Positions 1 to 13,400 of a stretch of DNA of 64,000 nt are shown here, piece after piece. Position 1 is the first letter of the stretch. The number at the start of each line of letters is the position of its first letter. The stretch comes from Tubiluchus corallicola (lineage: Eukaryota; Animalia; Priapulida). Both the position numbers and the translations under genes were made by a program. The stretch lies in the NCBI GenBank assembly GCA_030141605.1, contig JAQGDQ010000514.1, positions 1 through 64,000 on the forward strand. Direction: 5' to 3'. The notes beneath the pieces are model-generated. The model was not told the DNA's origin and ran no database searches. It worked only from the letters and a program-made list of their open reading frames with translations.

Positions 1-3000
1 TAAGAATCCTTTGCCTTTTTGTTGTTTGTCTTATGAAATTCACAGGTTTCGCCAGTTGTGATTGCCAGTGCCAGATGTGAATACACTTTCAAAAATCTGA
101 TGAGAAAGTATTTGGGGAAGCTTTGGAATTGTCTATGAATTATATTAACTCAATAATATTAAACTTTTTTCAGTTGTTTACTGACTGCCAAATAAGAAAA
201 GTATTTGTAGAAAGTTTATGATGGGGAATGATCCGTGATCATAGCAGCCCTTGCTGCAAGCACTGTCCTTTTGTACTTTCACATTAGATTTTTTCTTGCG
301 GAATCAGCTTGTGGCAATTGATTAAAAAAATCCAAGTTATGTTATTGCTTTTTATACTTAGATGCTTGACTTTGAGTGTGTTGTTTGGAATAGGAGTCAC
401 CTCATGTAATTCTTTCTAGATAGATTTCCCCCTTTTTACACTTCTTGTTAATTTTGTCTAAATTCTATTTAACACAGTTTCTATGGCATCTTGATACACC
501 AGATTTGATTTTAGTTATTTGCTCACTTTTAAATGCTATCGATTCAGATTGACTTTTTATATTCACTGAACATAGTTGATTTGCTCTATTGAGCAGTGTT
601 GATCCCATCTAAAAATATGCTTTTTCTCCCCAAGATGGAGAAATCTGGTATCTATGATTTATTAGTGATTGGGAGACTGATAAGGTCAAAAATGCTAGTT
701 TCTTTTTCTGACGCCAGACACTGTCTGTCTAGGCAAATCCTAGACTTGTATGCGTTTGAAAAACTGAAAAGAACATTTTTCATTCTTTGATACCACTGTT
801 TATGTGTGATTATCAATTATTTTTTTCATGGCATTTCCACTTCAGTATTCATAAAGTCTGCACCTTTTGAATTATAAATAAAATATGATTTTGTACAGCT
901 TGTACAGCTCGTACAGCTATATTGATCCATAGATCACGTCTAAGCATACAGTACTAGCCTGTGTGCTTTACTTTAGTAAGTTGTGTGCTTTATTATTGAT
1001 GAATAAAATTCTCTTTTTGGGTAGGTTGGCATTTGAATCATCTGACCATGCCATGCATTTGTTTTGACGTAGGCTATGCGCGTTGCTGACTGACTTGCAA
1101 TCTGGCATGATTTAATAATTTGTGTAGTACACAGTTTGTAATTCAAAGAATCATGGCTGCTCAAGAGAGATAGGAATAGAACGAGCTTTTACTATTCTGA
1201 TCTGGCTGTAGAGTATGCTTTTGTTGTTATTTCTCAGGAAGGTATGATGTAGTATTAGACGAAACACATTATAAGGACTTGCTCTTGCAACACTGCAACC
1301 CTCCTCCTTCTACTGTCAATACAGAATCTGCACTTATTCGAATGGGTATGTTTGATTTACTCAATAAATTCGTAATTGTAATTAGCAGATAATTGTATCA
1401 TTAAACCTGTTTTTTTGAGCTTGTGTCATCCTGTACCATCAGTTGCTGACAATTTTAATCATAACCTTGCAGTTCTATAATAGTTTTACAGTACACCTTT
1501 CTTCGTCACCCAAAAGTAGTTCATGTTGGTGAATTTAAATGCTGTTTTTCTTTGTTGTGGGATTCTCTGGTTACTTGTATCTGTTTTTGTAACTGACAAT
1601 TATCTCCTTATTAGGTCTGGAGCTGTGTTGGTGCATGGTTGATTGGTTGTTATTGTTCCAGAAACTTTAGGTATTTTTAACTAATTACTTATAAATTACC
1701 TGCAAATTAGATCTGTTAATAAGAAATATTTTTTTCTAGGATTTCCTTACCATCAGTTGTCATCAAGTGGGGATATGCCGTCAATGTGCATGTGGTAAGT
1801 ATTAGTGTTCAAATACGTTATAATGTGCTGCAAATTACGGTTTACAAGTTTGTTTTATGTTTTTTTCTAGTATCCTTGAAATAGAAATACTTATTTATAA
1901 AGAGTTGTAGTGAGGGCCAAGACAACTTCTGATTCTTTCTCGAATTACTCTTGGTCTCTATGCCTTTTCAAACATTTGAGCCAAGAACTGGAAACCTGTT
2001 CACAAGTAATGTCTTTTAGTATACCTTCTTGGCTTTAATAAATTTTTTTACTACATGACAAATAATCACTTTCAAAAGCTTTATATCCCATCATGGAGTT
2101 GAATTCGTGACGTTTGAAAGAAAGTTTGAACCCCTGCTAAACTAAGCTAATGCGTCAAGTGAATGGGTCATCGGCCTTAGTCATAAATGTTGTGGTCTGC
2201 TTTAATTATCTATTAGTAAGGCAAGGCTTATGCTTTTGGTCCATGCAAATAATCCTTCTTTTTTCAAAATATGGACAAACTATTGCTCTTTTTTTCCAGG
2301 GCTGAATTTGACAGTTTAAATATAACAGTTTGTTAATGTCCATTTCAGTCATCTGGACAGTTCCTCAAGTCAAGGATTTAATAGCATCGTTTCGCTACAG
2401 TAGAGTGTTGTTTGTACAATGAGTATGTACAGTATTTGCTCTTTATGATTTAGTTTTCTGTTTATAGGCACGTTCCTGCCCATACTAGTCGTGAAATATT
2501 GGTTATATCAGGTAGTTTGACATCTTGCGATCCTGGTGATATTTATATTACAATTAAGGTAATTTTCAAATATTTTTAAAAGAAACATATATTAAAGTTA
2601 ATATAATATAAAAAGTCATTTTGGCTCGCACAATTAAGAGAAAAATTGGCCAAGTTGTGGTTGAATATTCTTATAAAAACTTGAGATTATAGCTGAAGAT
2701 TAATGCTGTGGGTTACGAAACTACATACTTCTTAATAGAAAATCAAGGATTGGTCAAGGTGCGTTTTTTACAAATCGGTAAAACATCCTTTGCTGTATAT
2801 TTTAGGCTCTCAAAGACTCCAGTATCCGGTGCTCTGTGATCGGTTTAGGAGCAGAAATCAGAGTTTGTGATAGACTTTGCAAAGCTACAAGTGGTAATTA
2901 TATTCATCAGTTTTAGTATTACTTGACCTATTTTTCTAGTTCTTGCAATTTTTTATCCGATTTGTACTTTCAGCTTTTATTACCAATGCAATCAGTACAA

Positions 3001-5518
3001 AGTTGCTGAAGATATTTTAGAGTGCCACTGTGTAAGCACTGACTAACACTGCAAAGCACCGACTACAAGTTAGTTCACAGTTTTCCCTGAAGGAGTTTGC
3101 TAAACTAATAGTAGATGGCTACTTGATTCTTAGTAGAGCTAAGAATCCTTTGCCTTTTTGTTGTTTGTCTTATGAAATTCACAGGTTTCGCCAGTTGTGA
3201 TTGCCAGTGCCAGATGTGAATACACTTTCAAAAATCTGATGAGAAAGTATTTGGGGAAGCTTTGGAATTGTCTATGAATTATATTAACTCAATAATATTA
3301 AACTTTTTTCAGTTGTTTACTGACTGCCAAATAAGAAAAGTATTTGTAGAAAGTTTATGATGGGGAATGATCCGTGATCATAGCAGCCCTTGCTGCAAGC
3401 ACTGTCCTTTTGTACTTTCACATTAGATTTTTTCTTGCGGAATCAGCTTGTGGCAATTGATTAAAAAAATCCAAGTTATGTTATTGCTTTTTATACTTAG
3501 ATGCTTGACTTTGAGTGTGTTGTTTGGAATAGGAGTCACCTCATGTAATTCTTTCTAGATAGATTTCCCCCTTTTTACACTTCTTGTTAATTTTGTCTAA
3601 ATTCTATTTAACACAGTTTCTATGGCATCTTGATACACCAGATTTGATTTTAGTTATTTGCTCACTTTTAAATGCTATCGATTCAGATTGACTTTTTATA
3701 TTCACTGAACATAGTTGATTTGCTCTATTGAGCAGTGTTGATCCCATCTAAAAATATGCTTTTTCTCCCCAAGATGGAGAAATCTGGTATCTATGATTTA
3801 TTAGTGATTGGGAGACTGATAAGGTCAAAAATGCTAGTTTCTTTTTCTGACGCCAGACACTGTCTGTCTAGGCAAATCCTAGACTTGTATGCGTTTGAAA
3901 AACTGAAAAGAACATTTTTCATTCTTTGATACCACTGTTTATGTGTGATTATCAATTATTTTTTTCATGGCATTTCCACTTCAGTATTCATAAAGTCTGC
4001 ACCTTTTGAATTATAAATAAAATATGATTTTGTACAGCTTGTACAGCTCGTACAGCTATATTGATCCATAGATCACGTCTAAGCATACAGTACTAGCCTG
4101 TGTGCTTTACTTTAGTAAGTTGTGTGCTTTATTATTGATGAATAAAATTCTCTTTTTGGGTAGGTTGGCATTTGAATCATCTGACCATGCCATGCATTTG
4201 TTTTGACGTAGGCTATGCGCGTTGCTGACTGACTTGCAATCTGGCATGATTTAATAATTTGTGTAGTACACAGTTTGTAATTCAAAGAATCATGGCTGCT
4301 CAAGAGAGATAGGAATAGAACGAGCTTTTACTATTCTGATCTGGCTGTAGAGTATGCTTTTGTTGTTATTTCTCAGGAAGGTATGATGTAGTATTAGACG
4401 AAACACATTATAAGGACTTGCTCTTGCAACACTGCAACCCTCCTCCTTCTACTGTCAATACAGAATCTGCACTTATTCGAATGGGTATGTTTGATTTACT
4501 CAATAAATTCGTAATTGTAATTAGCAGATAATTGTATCATTAAACCTGTTTTTTTGAGCTTGTGTCATCCTGTACCATCAGTTGCTGACAATTTTAATCA
4601 TAACCTTGCAGTTCTATAATAGTTTTACAGTACACCTTTCTTCGTCACCCAAAAGTAGTTCATGTTGGTGAATTTAAATGCTGTTTTTCTTTGTTGTGGG
4701 ATTCTCTGGTTACTTGTATCTGTTTTTGTAACTGACAATTATCTCCTTATTAGGTCTGGAGCTGTGTTGGTGCATGGTTGATTGGTTGTTATTGTTCCAG
4801 AAACTTTAGGTATTTTTAACTAATTACTTATAAATTACCTGCAAATTAGATCTGTTAATAAGAAATATTTTTTTCTAGGATTTCCTTACCATCAGTTGTC
4901 ATCAAGTGGGGATATGCCGTCAATGTGCATGTGGTAAGTATTAGTGTTCAAATACGTTATAATGTGCTGCAAATTACGGTTTACAAGTTTGTTTTATGTT
5001 TTTTTCTAGTATCCTTGAAATAGAAATACTTATTTATAAAGAGTTGTAGTGAGGGCCAAGACAACTTCTGATTCTTTCTCGAATTACTCTTGGTCTCTAT
5101 GCCTTTTCAAACATTTGAGCCAAGAACTGGAAACCTGTTCACAAGTAATGTCTTTTAGTATACCTTCTTGGCTTTAATAAATTTTTTTACTACATGACAA
5201 ATAATCACTTTCAAAAGCTTTATATCCCATCATGGAGTTGAATTCGTGACGTTTGAAAGAAAGTTTGAACCCCTGCTAAACTAAGCTAATGCGTCAAGTG
5301 AATGGGTCATCGGCCTTAGTCATAAATGTTGTGGTCTGCTTTAATTATCTATTAGTAAGGCAAGGCTTATGCTTTTGGTCCATGCAAATAATCCTTCTTT
5401 TTTCAAAATATGGACAAACTATTGCTCTTTTTTTCCAGGGCTGAATTTGACAGTTTAAATATAACAGTTTGTTAATGTCCATTTCAGTCATCTGGACAGT
5501 TCCTCAAGTCAAGGATTT
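1..5518. repeat. 3139-bp-period direct tandem duplication inside GTF2H2
   Basis: 1-2379 matches 3140-5518 with no mismatch seen by eye; the ORF track shows identical ORF pairs offset by 3139. Confidence 0.95.
1238..2379 (+). CDS. GTF2H2: Upstream duplicate copy of GTF2H2 exons; the last one is truncated by the duplication breakpoint
   Basis: Exons 1238-1345 and 1740-1794 are identical to 4377-4484 and 4879-4933. The exon starting at 2349 matches 5488-5518 only, then runs into intron-derived sequence and a TAG. Confidence 0.85.
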
Positions 5519-6496
5519 GGTAGCAAAGGTTATTTTTGCCCCCAGTGCAAAAGTAAATATTGTGAGTTGCCTGTAGAGTGCAAAGCTTGTGGTAAGTGAT
5601 GTTTGTTTAAAATCAAGTTTTGTCGACTGATATTTAAGAAAATTTTTCATTTTTTGTCTTGGTTTTTTATTTCCGTTTTGTTGTATTGATTCACGCATTT
5701 TTAGCACTTAGTCGTACTGAAGATTTTAGACTAAAAAATATTCAAAGATTTTTTTTTAATTTTTGCAAAACATGCACATTCAAACTCACGAGAAATATTA
5801 ATGTATAGTAACTGTCTCTGTATACGGTATGCTGTTTGGAAAATAACAATGCCAGCTTGGATTTGAAATCTAAGTTTTTGATGATTAAGGTTCTGTTGTC
5901 TTACAGGTCTCACATTGGTTTCTGCTCCTCATCTTGCTCGCTCGTACCATCACCTCTTTCCACTGGATATCTCTAAGGAAGTACCACTAGCAAAACTGCC
6001 TCCTGGTGTGACAAATTGCTTTGCATGTCAGACATATTTTACCGAAGCTCTGGTACAGTATCTTAATTTCTAATAACTAGATTCATTAAAATTTTCTTGT
6101 AAACCAAAATTAGAAAACATAAAATGAAATAACTGAAGCGAAAATTAATGCCAAGAACTGTTACTAATAGAACAACATGGGCCTCGAGGCATTGTGAAGT
6201 GCAAACAAATGCGTTATTTGGTTCAGCAGATAACCCTGTTAGGCTCACTTAACCTTTGACCTTTTCACGATCATCATCAATCGCTGGAACTGTGACAAGG
6301 CTTATTAGGTGTGACTGCAGTAAAGCAGTGAATAGGAAAACAGTAATTGATGTTTTGTTTTATACAGGTGTACCTTTGTGAAAAGTGTGAGCAGTACTTC
6401 TGTTTAGAATGTGATCTGTTCATACACGAGACTCTGCATTCCTGTCCCGGATGTGCAAATAAGCCAGGTAGCCAAGGTCCTTCGAATGACACCTGA
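2468..6496 (+). CDS. GTF2H2: General transcription factor IIH subunit 2 (p44/Ssl1), 3' exons; 5' part lies upstream of the window
   Basis: Phase-consistent GT-AG exons 2468-2558 ([26 protein letters not shown]), 2806-2893 ([15 protein letters not shown]), 4377-4484 ([19 protein letters not shown]), 4879-4933 (FPYHQ), 5488-5591 ([22 protein letters not shown]), 5907-6052 ([19 protein letters not shown]), 6368-6496 ([22 protein letters not shown]). These match the p44 vWA, C4 zinc finger and C-terminal zinc finger. Confidence 0.95.
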
Positions 6497-7418
6497 GATT
6501 TATTGATGTAATGGTGATTTGTCTACTTAGCAAGTCAATCTATAAGCACTCAAGGGCAATGCTGTAATATGTGTTCAAGGTGATGCAACAAAGACCTGTC
6601 TTCAATTGCATTTTCATTGGGGATGCACAGGTGTCAGTTGGATACAAACGTTATCCAGTGTGAGTCATAAATGTGATTTATTCACAAATCAAAAAGCAAG
6701 CTACAGTATGTCCTAGGTTAAAAAAATATTAACCTTGGTGCACTATGTTACTGCCTGGAAAGTTCTTATAAAAGGCTGTGAAAATAATCTGAGAAACAAG
6801 AACAATTTGAGAAGGGAAAACACTTATTGACAGCAAACTAAATGAATGAGAAACTTGAATACTAAATGTTATTATTTTGATTACTATAGCTGATGACACA
6901 ATTATTGTGTTATTGTTATTGTAATGTATTAACACTATATGTCATGAAATGCACAAACAAAAATATGTCGTTTACAAATTACATTCCATTTTTTTGTAAT
7001 AAATAATAATAAAACTTTAACTAAAATTCTGCATTCTGGTAAAATTGATCTGTCGATCAGATCATCGAATCACTCATCTTTCCTGTTTTATCAATTCACA
7101 CTGCGATCACTTCACATGCTCGACCTTTTTTTGGCAAAATTAAACTTAATCACTGAGTATTCAGACATTAATTTTACTATAAACCAATAAAACATAAATG
7201 TCCACATTACACAATCATTTCATCCACAAGCTGTGGCTATATGTGTAATAAAATAAATTTTTACTATATTTGTTGACTGATCATTTCCTCTAATTTTATG
7301 GCACAGTTCAAGTTATCGCAATAGCATATTCTCCCCGTTTTTTGTTCAAGATGTAATCACTGCAACTTTCTGATGGAACCGGTCCGCAGAAAACTCTGGA
7401 TTTGGGCGTTGTTAGCCA

Positions 7419-10400
7419 TCAGTCCCAACCTTCTGAGCCCCAGGTTTCAGAAATGTCAATCACGTCAATATTTTCATTTGACTCCATGCCTTGTGAGTTT
7501 CGGTCTCTTCTTGGCCGCCGTCTCTTGCGTTTCTGGCACGTTTCAGAACTATCAGTCTGATCCACATGAATTTCAATTTCAGCCAAGTCATCGGTGTGCT
7601 TATCATCAAGTTTATCACTGAAGTCTTCCACTATGACTAATTCAGCATCAGTAATAGCTGAAACTTTGTTGGAACTTTCTGCAAGTACAGTCGGTTTTTC
7701 TCCAGGACTTCCAATATCTGTGAAAGTTTGCCTGATGTTAGATTGTGCCAACAGGTGCCTACTTTCTTTATCAGATACTGCAGAACTGGGTGGCAACAGT
7801 CCCAAAGATATTTGGTAGTACACAACTGAAGCATCACTTCCAACAATAGCTATTGTTGCCCTGTAATTGTACAACACTTAAATTATCACGTTTGTCTGCC
7901 TATGTTGTATTTTGTCCAAATTTCTGTTAGATTAGTGACATGTTAAAAAAACATAATCAATGAGCGTGATGTTAAATGGGCAGTCAGAATTATTTTACAA
8001 AATTAGCAAAATTATTGATTATGCGTGCAAATAGATGCATCTAATGCTAAGATGGATTGAAATTTATCGCAACTCTCTGCCTGAACCAAAAGTAAAGCGT
8101 GACATTCGATCACGGGGCTATAGGATTCAGTAATTAGGTGCAGTCCAAAAAAGGTGTTTAAGTTAAAATCTCCGAAAACTGTCAATTGAAGGCTGGGTTA
8201 CACTATTAATATTATCTATTTGCAAAGATTTTAAGTTTTTCAGAGATTCAGGGATAAGTGTTTACATTGCGCAGTAACAGCATGGCGCAATTTTTTATTA
8301 TAAATGAGCGTGCCAAGCTTTGAAGTTATCATGACTTTAAATTAATTTTACTAATTACATGAGGCACTTATAACAATTTTATTGCTAGAACATTCTAGTG
8401 CTTTTCTCAAATATTAATATAAGCTCAGCTTGGCTTTTGCTTTAATATATCACTGTAGATTACGTAGTTTGTCACTGCTTGTAATTTTCAAACAACCATT
8501 TTAATTGCAGTTTGAATTATGACTTTCCTGATTCAAATTGCTGTGCAAATGTGAATATATGTGAATTCAAAGGTGTTTGAATATGAATGTTCAATGCTCA
8601 GTGCTAGTGATTAAGCTGCAGGTGACCGCTAGCTGTGTAAACTACAGTCTACACAGACAAAAGCGCTAACCTGTTCGAAGAAGGATTTAACTCTCTTAGC
8701 AGTTTATCTAATTTTGACATAGATAAATCTTCATCCACCATAACTGGAATAACATGTTTGTGGTCGCTCTCAGTATCAGCTTGCCCATACAAAATCACCT
8801 TTCTGCTTTCTTGCAGTAATCTGTATTCCACATTTTGCCATCTTTTCCCTAAAATTAAAAAAAGGATTGAAATTTTATTATCCAGCATCTGGGAATGCAA
8901 GGACTGAATACAAGGCGTAGTGATGTAACATTTTTAAATGTCACAACTAGTAAGCAAGACTGAAAAAAATATAGCTATCTATTCCTACTTTAGAATAGTA
9001 CAAATTTCTACTTTTTGCACCTAGTGCTTGGCAGGGTTTTGTCTTGTAACGGGTGGTTGTGATAAGACCGGAATCTGACTGAATGACTCATAGTCAAGAC
9101 TAAACATCTAAGGACCACAGAACCAGCAGTGTTGTCTTAGCCATTTTGGATGTATACATTTTATGAGGTAAATAGACAGAATGGCATGTATTGAAATCCT
9201 GCATTCAATAAAAAGTTCTTTATTGTTGAGTATCATGTAACAATCGCATCAACAGCATCAATCACATTGGTCTTGCTAGTACATGTATTTTGAATTTTTT
9301 AATTTAATGCTAGTTAAGCCTTGCCTTTGCACAAATCATCATACACAATCTTTGCAATTGCAGCTGTGTCTTCTTTTGTCTTATTGGTAGCCTGCAAATC
9401 CAAAAAATAAGTTTGGTTAATTGAATTTATTTAAGTTGATGTTTAGTACTTTAAATAAATCAATATATGCCTATAATATGCCTTTTTCAGGAACCGATTG
9501 TGTTTTTTTGGTTTTTACTTCTCAGAAATGTATTTACCAAATTACAGTCAAAACTTTGGGCTTTTTCCGTAATTACCACCTTTTTTGGCATAAAAATATC
9601 AGTTATAATAAATTTGGTATCCATAACTATGAACAAAAATATAAATATGGTTCACAGATTCATGGATGATAGCTCAGCTTTTCTTTATTAAATTAAATTC
9701 TACATTTCAACAAGCAAAACAGATATTTGCTGGACAGCAAGCTGGTTATTACCACTCAAAGTATTTCTAATATGAAAAAATCTTACTTAAATCTTCAGGT
9801 TTTTAGGGCTTACCATACATATATACAAAACATTATCTTATCCACTATAATGATGGCTGCTATCTAGCCATCATTATAGTGGATAAGATGATGCAAAGTG
9901 GATAAGATGACGCATACAAAGTATTATGGTCCGGATGATGTAAAACCATTTAGGTATGTTAAAATATTGGTGGTTTACAAGAATAAATGCAGGGATTGTC
10001 ATAAATGTTCCATGGCTACTAATAGGACGTGTCAGTGGTTGGCTGCTTGAGTGAAGGAATATGAGGCACCAACAAGTAGACCAGGACAGCCAGCAACTGA
10101 GCTTGTCCAACATGTTCAAAAGGCTAGGCATGAGGTTGTATCAAAGGATGTTGAGATTTAAGACATGTTAGAGCGTGAAAGTAAACCATACAAGGGAACT
10201 ATTTATACAAAAGTGTTTGGGGTGTCCTCTTAAATAAACAGAATGATTCGGAAGATTCTCGGCATGTTAATAATGGTTCATTTTCATTGTTTAGAAAAAT
10301 GGACCCATGGTGCATGCTGGAAACAATTTTGGGATGCACACATTCTCAGGAAAAGTCTGTAGAATCATTAAAATATAAAAATTGTGTATTATATTTTAAT

Positions 10401-13400
10401 GATTCTACAGCCTATATATGTAATTATGGACTTACATTTCTATGACAGAATGGATGCCAATCACATGAGACCAGAGTCTGATTCTGTCTGAATATAGCTT
10501 GCTTTATATTTTGAAATCGAGATATGAATGTGCACATGTTACTGTTAAAGAATTCTGCAGGTTTATGGATACCTAAAAGCTCTTATGCTTGTTTTATTTT
10601 TTCTGGCAAAGCACACATCGCCCATATTGAAGGTTCAAGTAAAACAGCAGAAATAGCAATGTTTACTGATGATGTGCCTTAAAGAACAAATATAGAAATG
10701 ATCTCTTAAGCTGTTTATGTAATAATTTAACAGAATTTAATTTAATAAAGAAAAGCTGATCCAAGAATCCATCAATCATGTTTATAAAAATGACAAAAGA
10801 TCTCAACGTTTTTCAAAATACTTCTTTTTAATTATCAGGTATGTTAGTTACACTAAAGATTTTTATAGATTTAGCCCAATACAATTCTCTTCTCACAACT
10901 GTTCAATGTAATTAAAATTTCAAGAAATGCAACGTAAATTTTATTTACGCTTATTAACCTATACAGTTTAGCCTCGTTATGTCGCCAAACTCGTCTCTCG
11001 CCATAGAAAGTACCAGGACGGATTTCCTGCTTTGATATTTACCTCGTTAAGTCGCCACCCTCGCTTCTCGCCCTCGCCACGTCATGCTAGGATGAGTGCT
11101 TATGTAAACAATATTCGTTATGTCGCCAAACAGACAAACTCAGAGGTGAATCGATCAATACATATACCGCGTGTCGATCAATATAACCGCGGTATGTAGA
11201 CAATGCTGCTGTACTCGATAGACAGACATAATTAATCTAGTGTGTGTCTCACCAGGATTAGATTAGGAGTGCTGTGGTTAGTTAATGCGCAGAGAAACTA
11301 AAGCGTCACCGATATTTAAAAAAGGTTTTTTAAATAAAAAAGTAACATTCTAAGATTATTTTTATGACATTTTTCATTTCTGATTTAATGTTGATTGGTA
11401 TCATAATGCGAAATATATGTTATATGTACATAGAGGAACACTATGTTAATCAACTATTATGTATATACATATAGACTAACTTCGCTATATTCCCATTATC
11501 TCACCATACTCGCCTCTCGCCAAAAATTTGCCCTAGACGGACAGTGGCGAGATAACGAGACTAGACTGTATATGCCATTGGTGAGACAGTCAAGCAGCAA
11601 TTTACACGTGGCATCAGGTATCTACTTAAACAAAATCATTAAAAGTTTGAGATTTAATGTTAATTACTTAGAGTATAACTCACTATACATGCATGTACAT
11701 TACCTTGTTTAATACATATAAAGCGTAAGCTGTTTATGTAAATTACAAAGTTCTAAATTATTTATACACCAGGTGTCCCAAAAGTTACTACAAAGATTTT
11801 CATCTGACCTTTTTGGCATCACTCAAAAGCAGTCTTTGAGCTTTTGTTTGTGCTCGAGTCTTAACTGGGCCACCTTTATTATTGCGATGACAATAACCTA
11901 GGAACAAAGGTGCTGAATTGCAACTTGGAAAAAAGCATATGATCATAGCTGAAGTGCAACAAAACAGCAGATTGACACTATTGTACATGTATTCACTTTG
12001 TAGCTGTTTAGTTTTTCCACAAGATGAAGTTCCTCACCAGCTGCAAGACAATCTCAATGCGAAATTTCTCGAGTGAGTGTTGGTTTGGTTGCCAGCTCCC
12101 TCTCGAATAGATTACTTCATTTTGACAGATTAAACACACGGCTATTTGTATGAGGTTCAATCAAGAGCATAATTTATGCAAGATGACCAGGAGACAATCA
12201 TAGCTTCAGCTAAAAATTAGAGATGTTGTAAAAATGTTTAAGTTGACACAATAACGTGATATATAAATGCACATCAAACTTTCAAGCCTTTTGTTCCATT
12301 TCTTTAGAAAAAGTAAATTTGTAAACCGTGTAGCAACTTTTAAGACACATAGTTATTGATTATCGTATCGATAAAAAAATTTTTCTATCGTTAGCTATCA
12401 AATCGATATTATTCTAGAAAATATCATATCGAGAATGATATCATATCAAGTTCGGTACATGTCGCTGCTTATCGCACTCTTACATAAAACCGTTTCACTT
12501 TCCCTTTCAATTTATGCATGGGAATTATGCAAGTAAAGATAAGAAAAATTTTCAAATTCAAAGCACAGTCGTTTCTAGCCCTGTAATTCATTAAAATCTA
12601 TAAGCAGCTATGCAACATTCTTTAAAATGGAGAAAAGTTGTCACTACACTCAGAAGAGTGCTACCGTACTATGTATGATAGGGATGCTAACGATAATGAT
12701 GCATAATGATAATTATCATGTCGACAATTATTGACTATCGTATCGATAGGAACATTTTGATTTTATCATTAGTTATCAAATCAATATTAGTCTAGAAATA
12801 TTGTTATCATATCGAATTTGGCAAGTATCGGTTCTTATCGCATTCTTTCATATAATTATTTCACTTTGATTTTTTATTTATGCATAGGAATTATGCAAAA
12901 AAGTAAGGAGTTATTCATAAGGTTATTCAAATAATTTTCTTGTATTTTCTTTATCCAACAGCAGCTGTCTTCAGTCAGTTTAGTGATGCGCGGACATCAA
13001 CTGCAGTGTTTTTAGAGGCATTCTCTAGTTATGTGCAGGTAGTGCAGCTTACATAAGCAAATATTATGTAATAATAGACATGTGCGTAATATATGCCCAG
13101 TCGTCTGTTGCAGCTCACACATTATTATTTTATGACCAAATAAAGAAAAGAACTTTGCCATAAATTACATGTAATACACTGAGACACACAATAACCAACC
13201 ACTTTTACTGTTCGAAATATATTTTTCGTATCGCAGCATTTAGAAAACATATTATCAATATCGTATCGTTGGAAAAAAGTATCGCATCATATCGCTATCG
13301 TAACACCAGATTTGTATCGTTTAGCATCCCTAACATATGATACTGAAGGATTGTTGGAGACTAAAGCCACAGCAAACTAAGTCCAAGTTGGAAGAACATA

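Noticed and set aside
1615-2005. Pseudo-exons and a GTATCCTT U12-like donor in GTF2H2 introns
   Set aside because: Not needed for the protein, contain stops, and no matching U12 branch site was identified.
11809-11897. Exon-like segment (YCHRNNKGGPVK..AKK) as a TSEN15 exon
   Set aside because: It starts in phase 1, incompatible with exon 2, and lies inside a Tc1 TIR pair where it resembles the transposase C-terminus.
12038-12100. In-frame TGA in ISH*DCLAAG as possible selenocysteine
   Set aside because: Explained by frameshifted Tc1 transposase decay; no SECIS seen.
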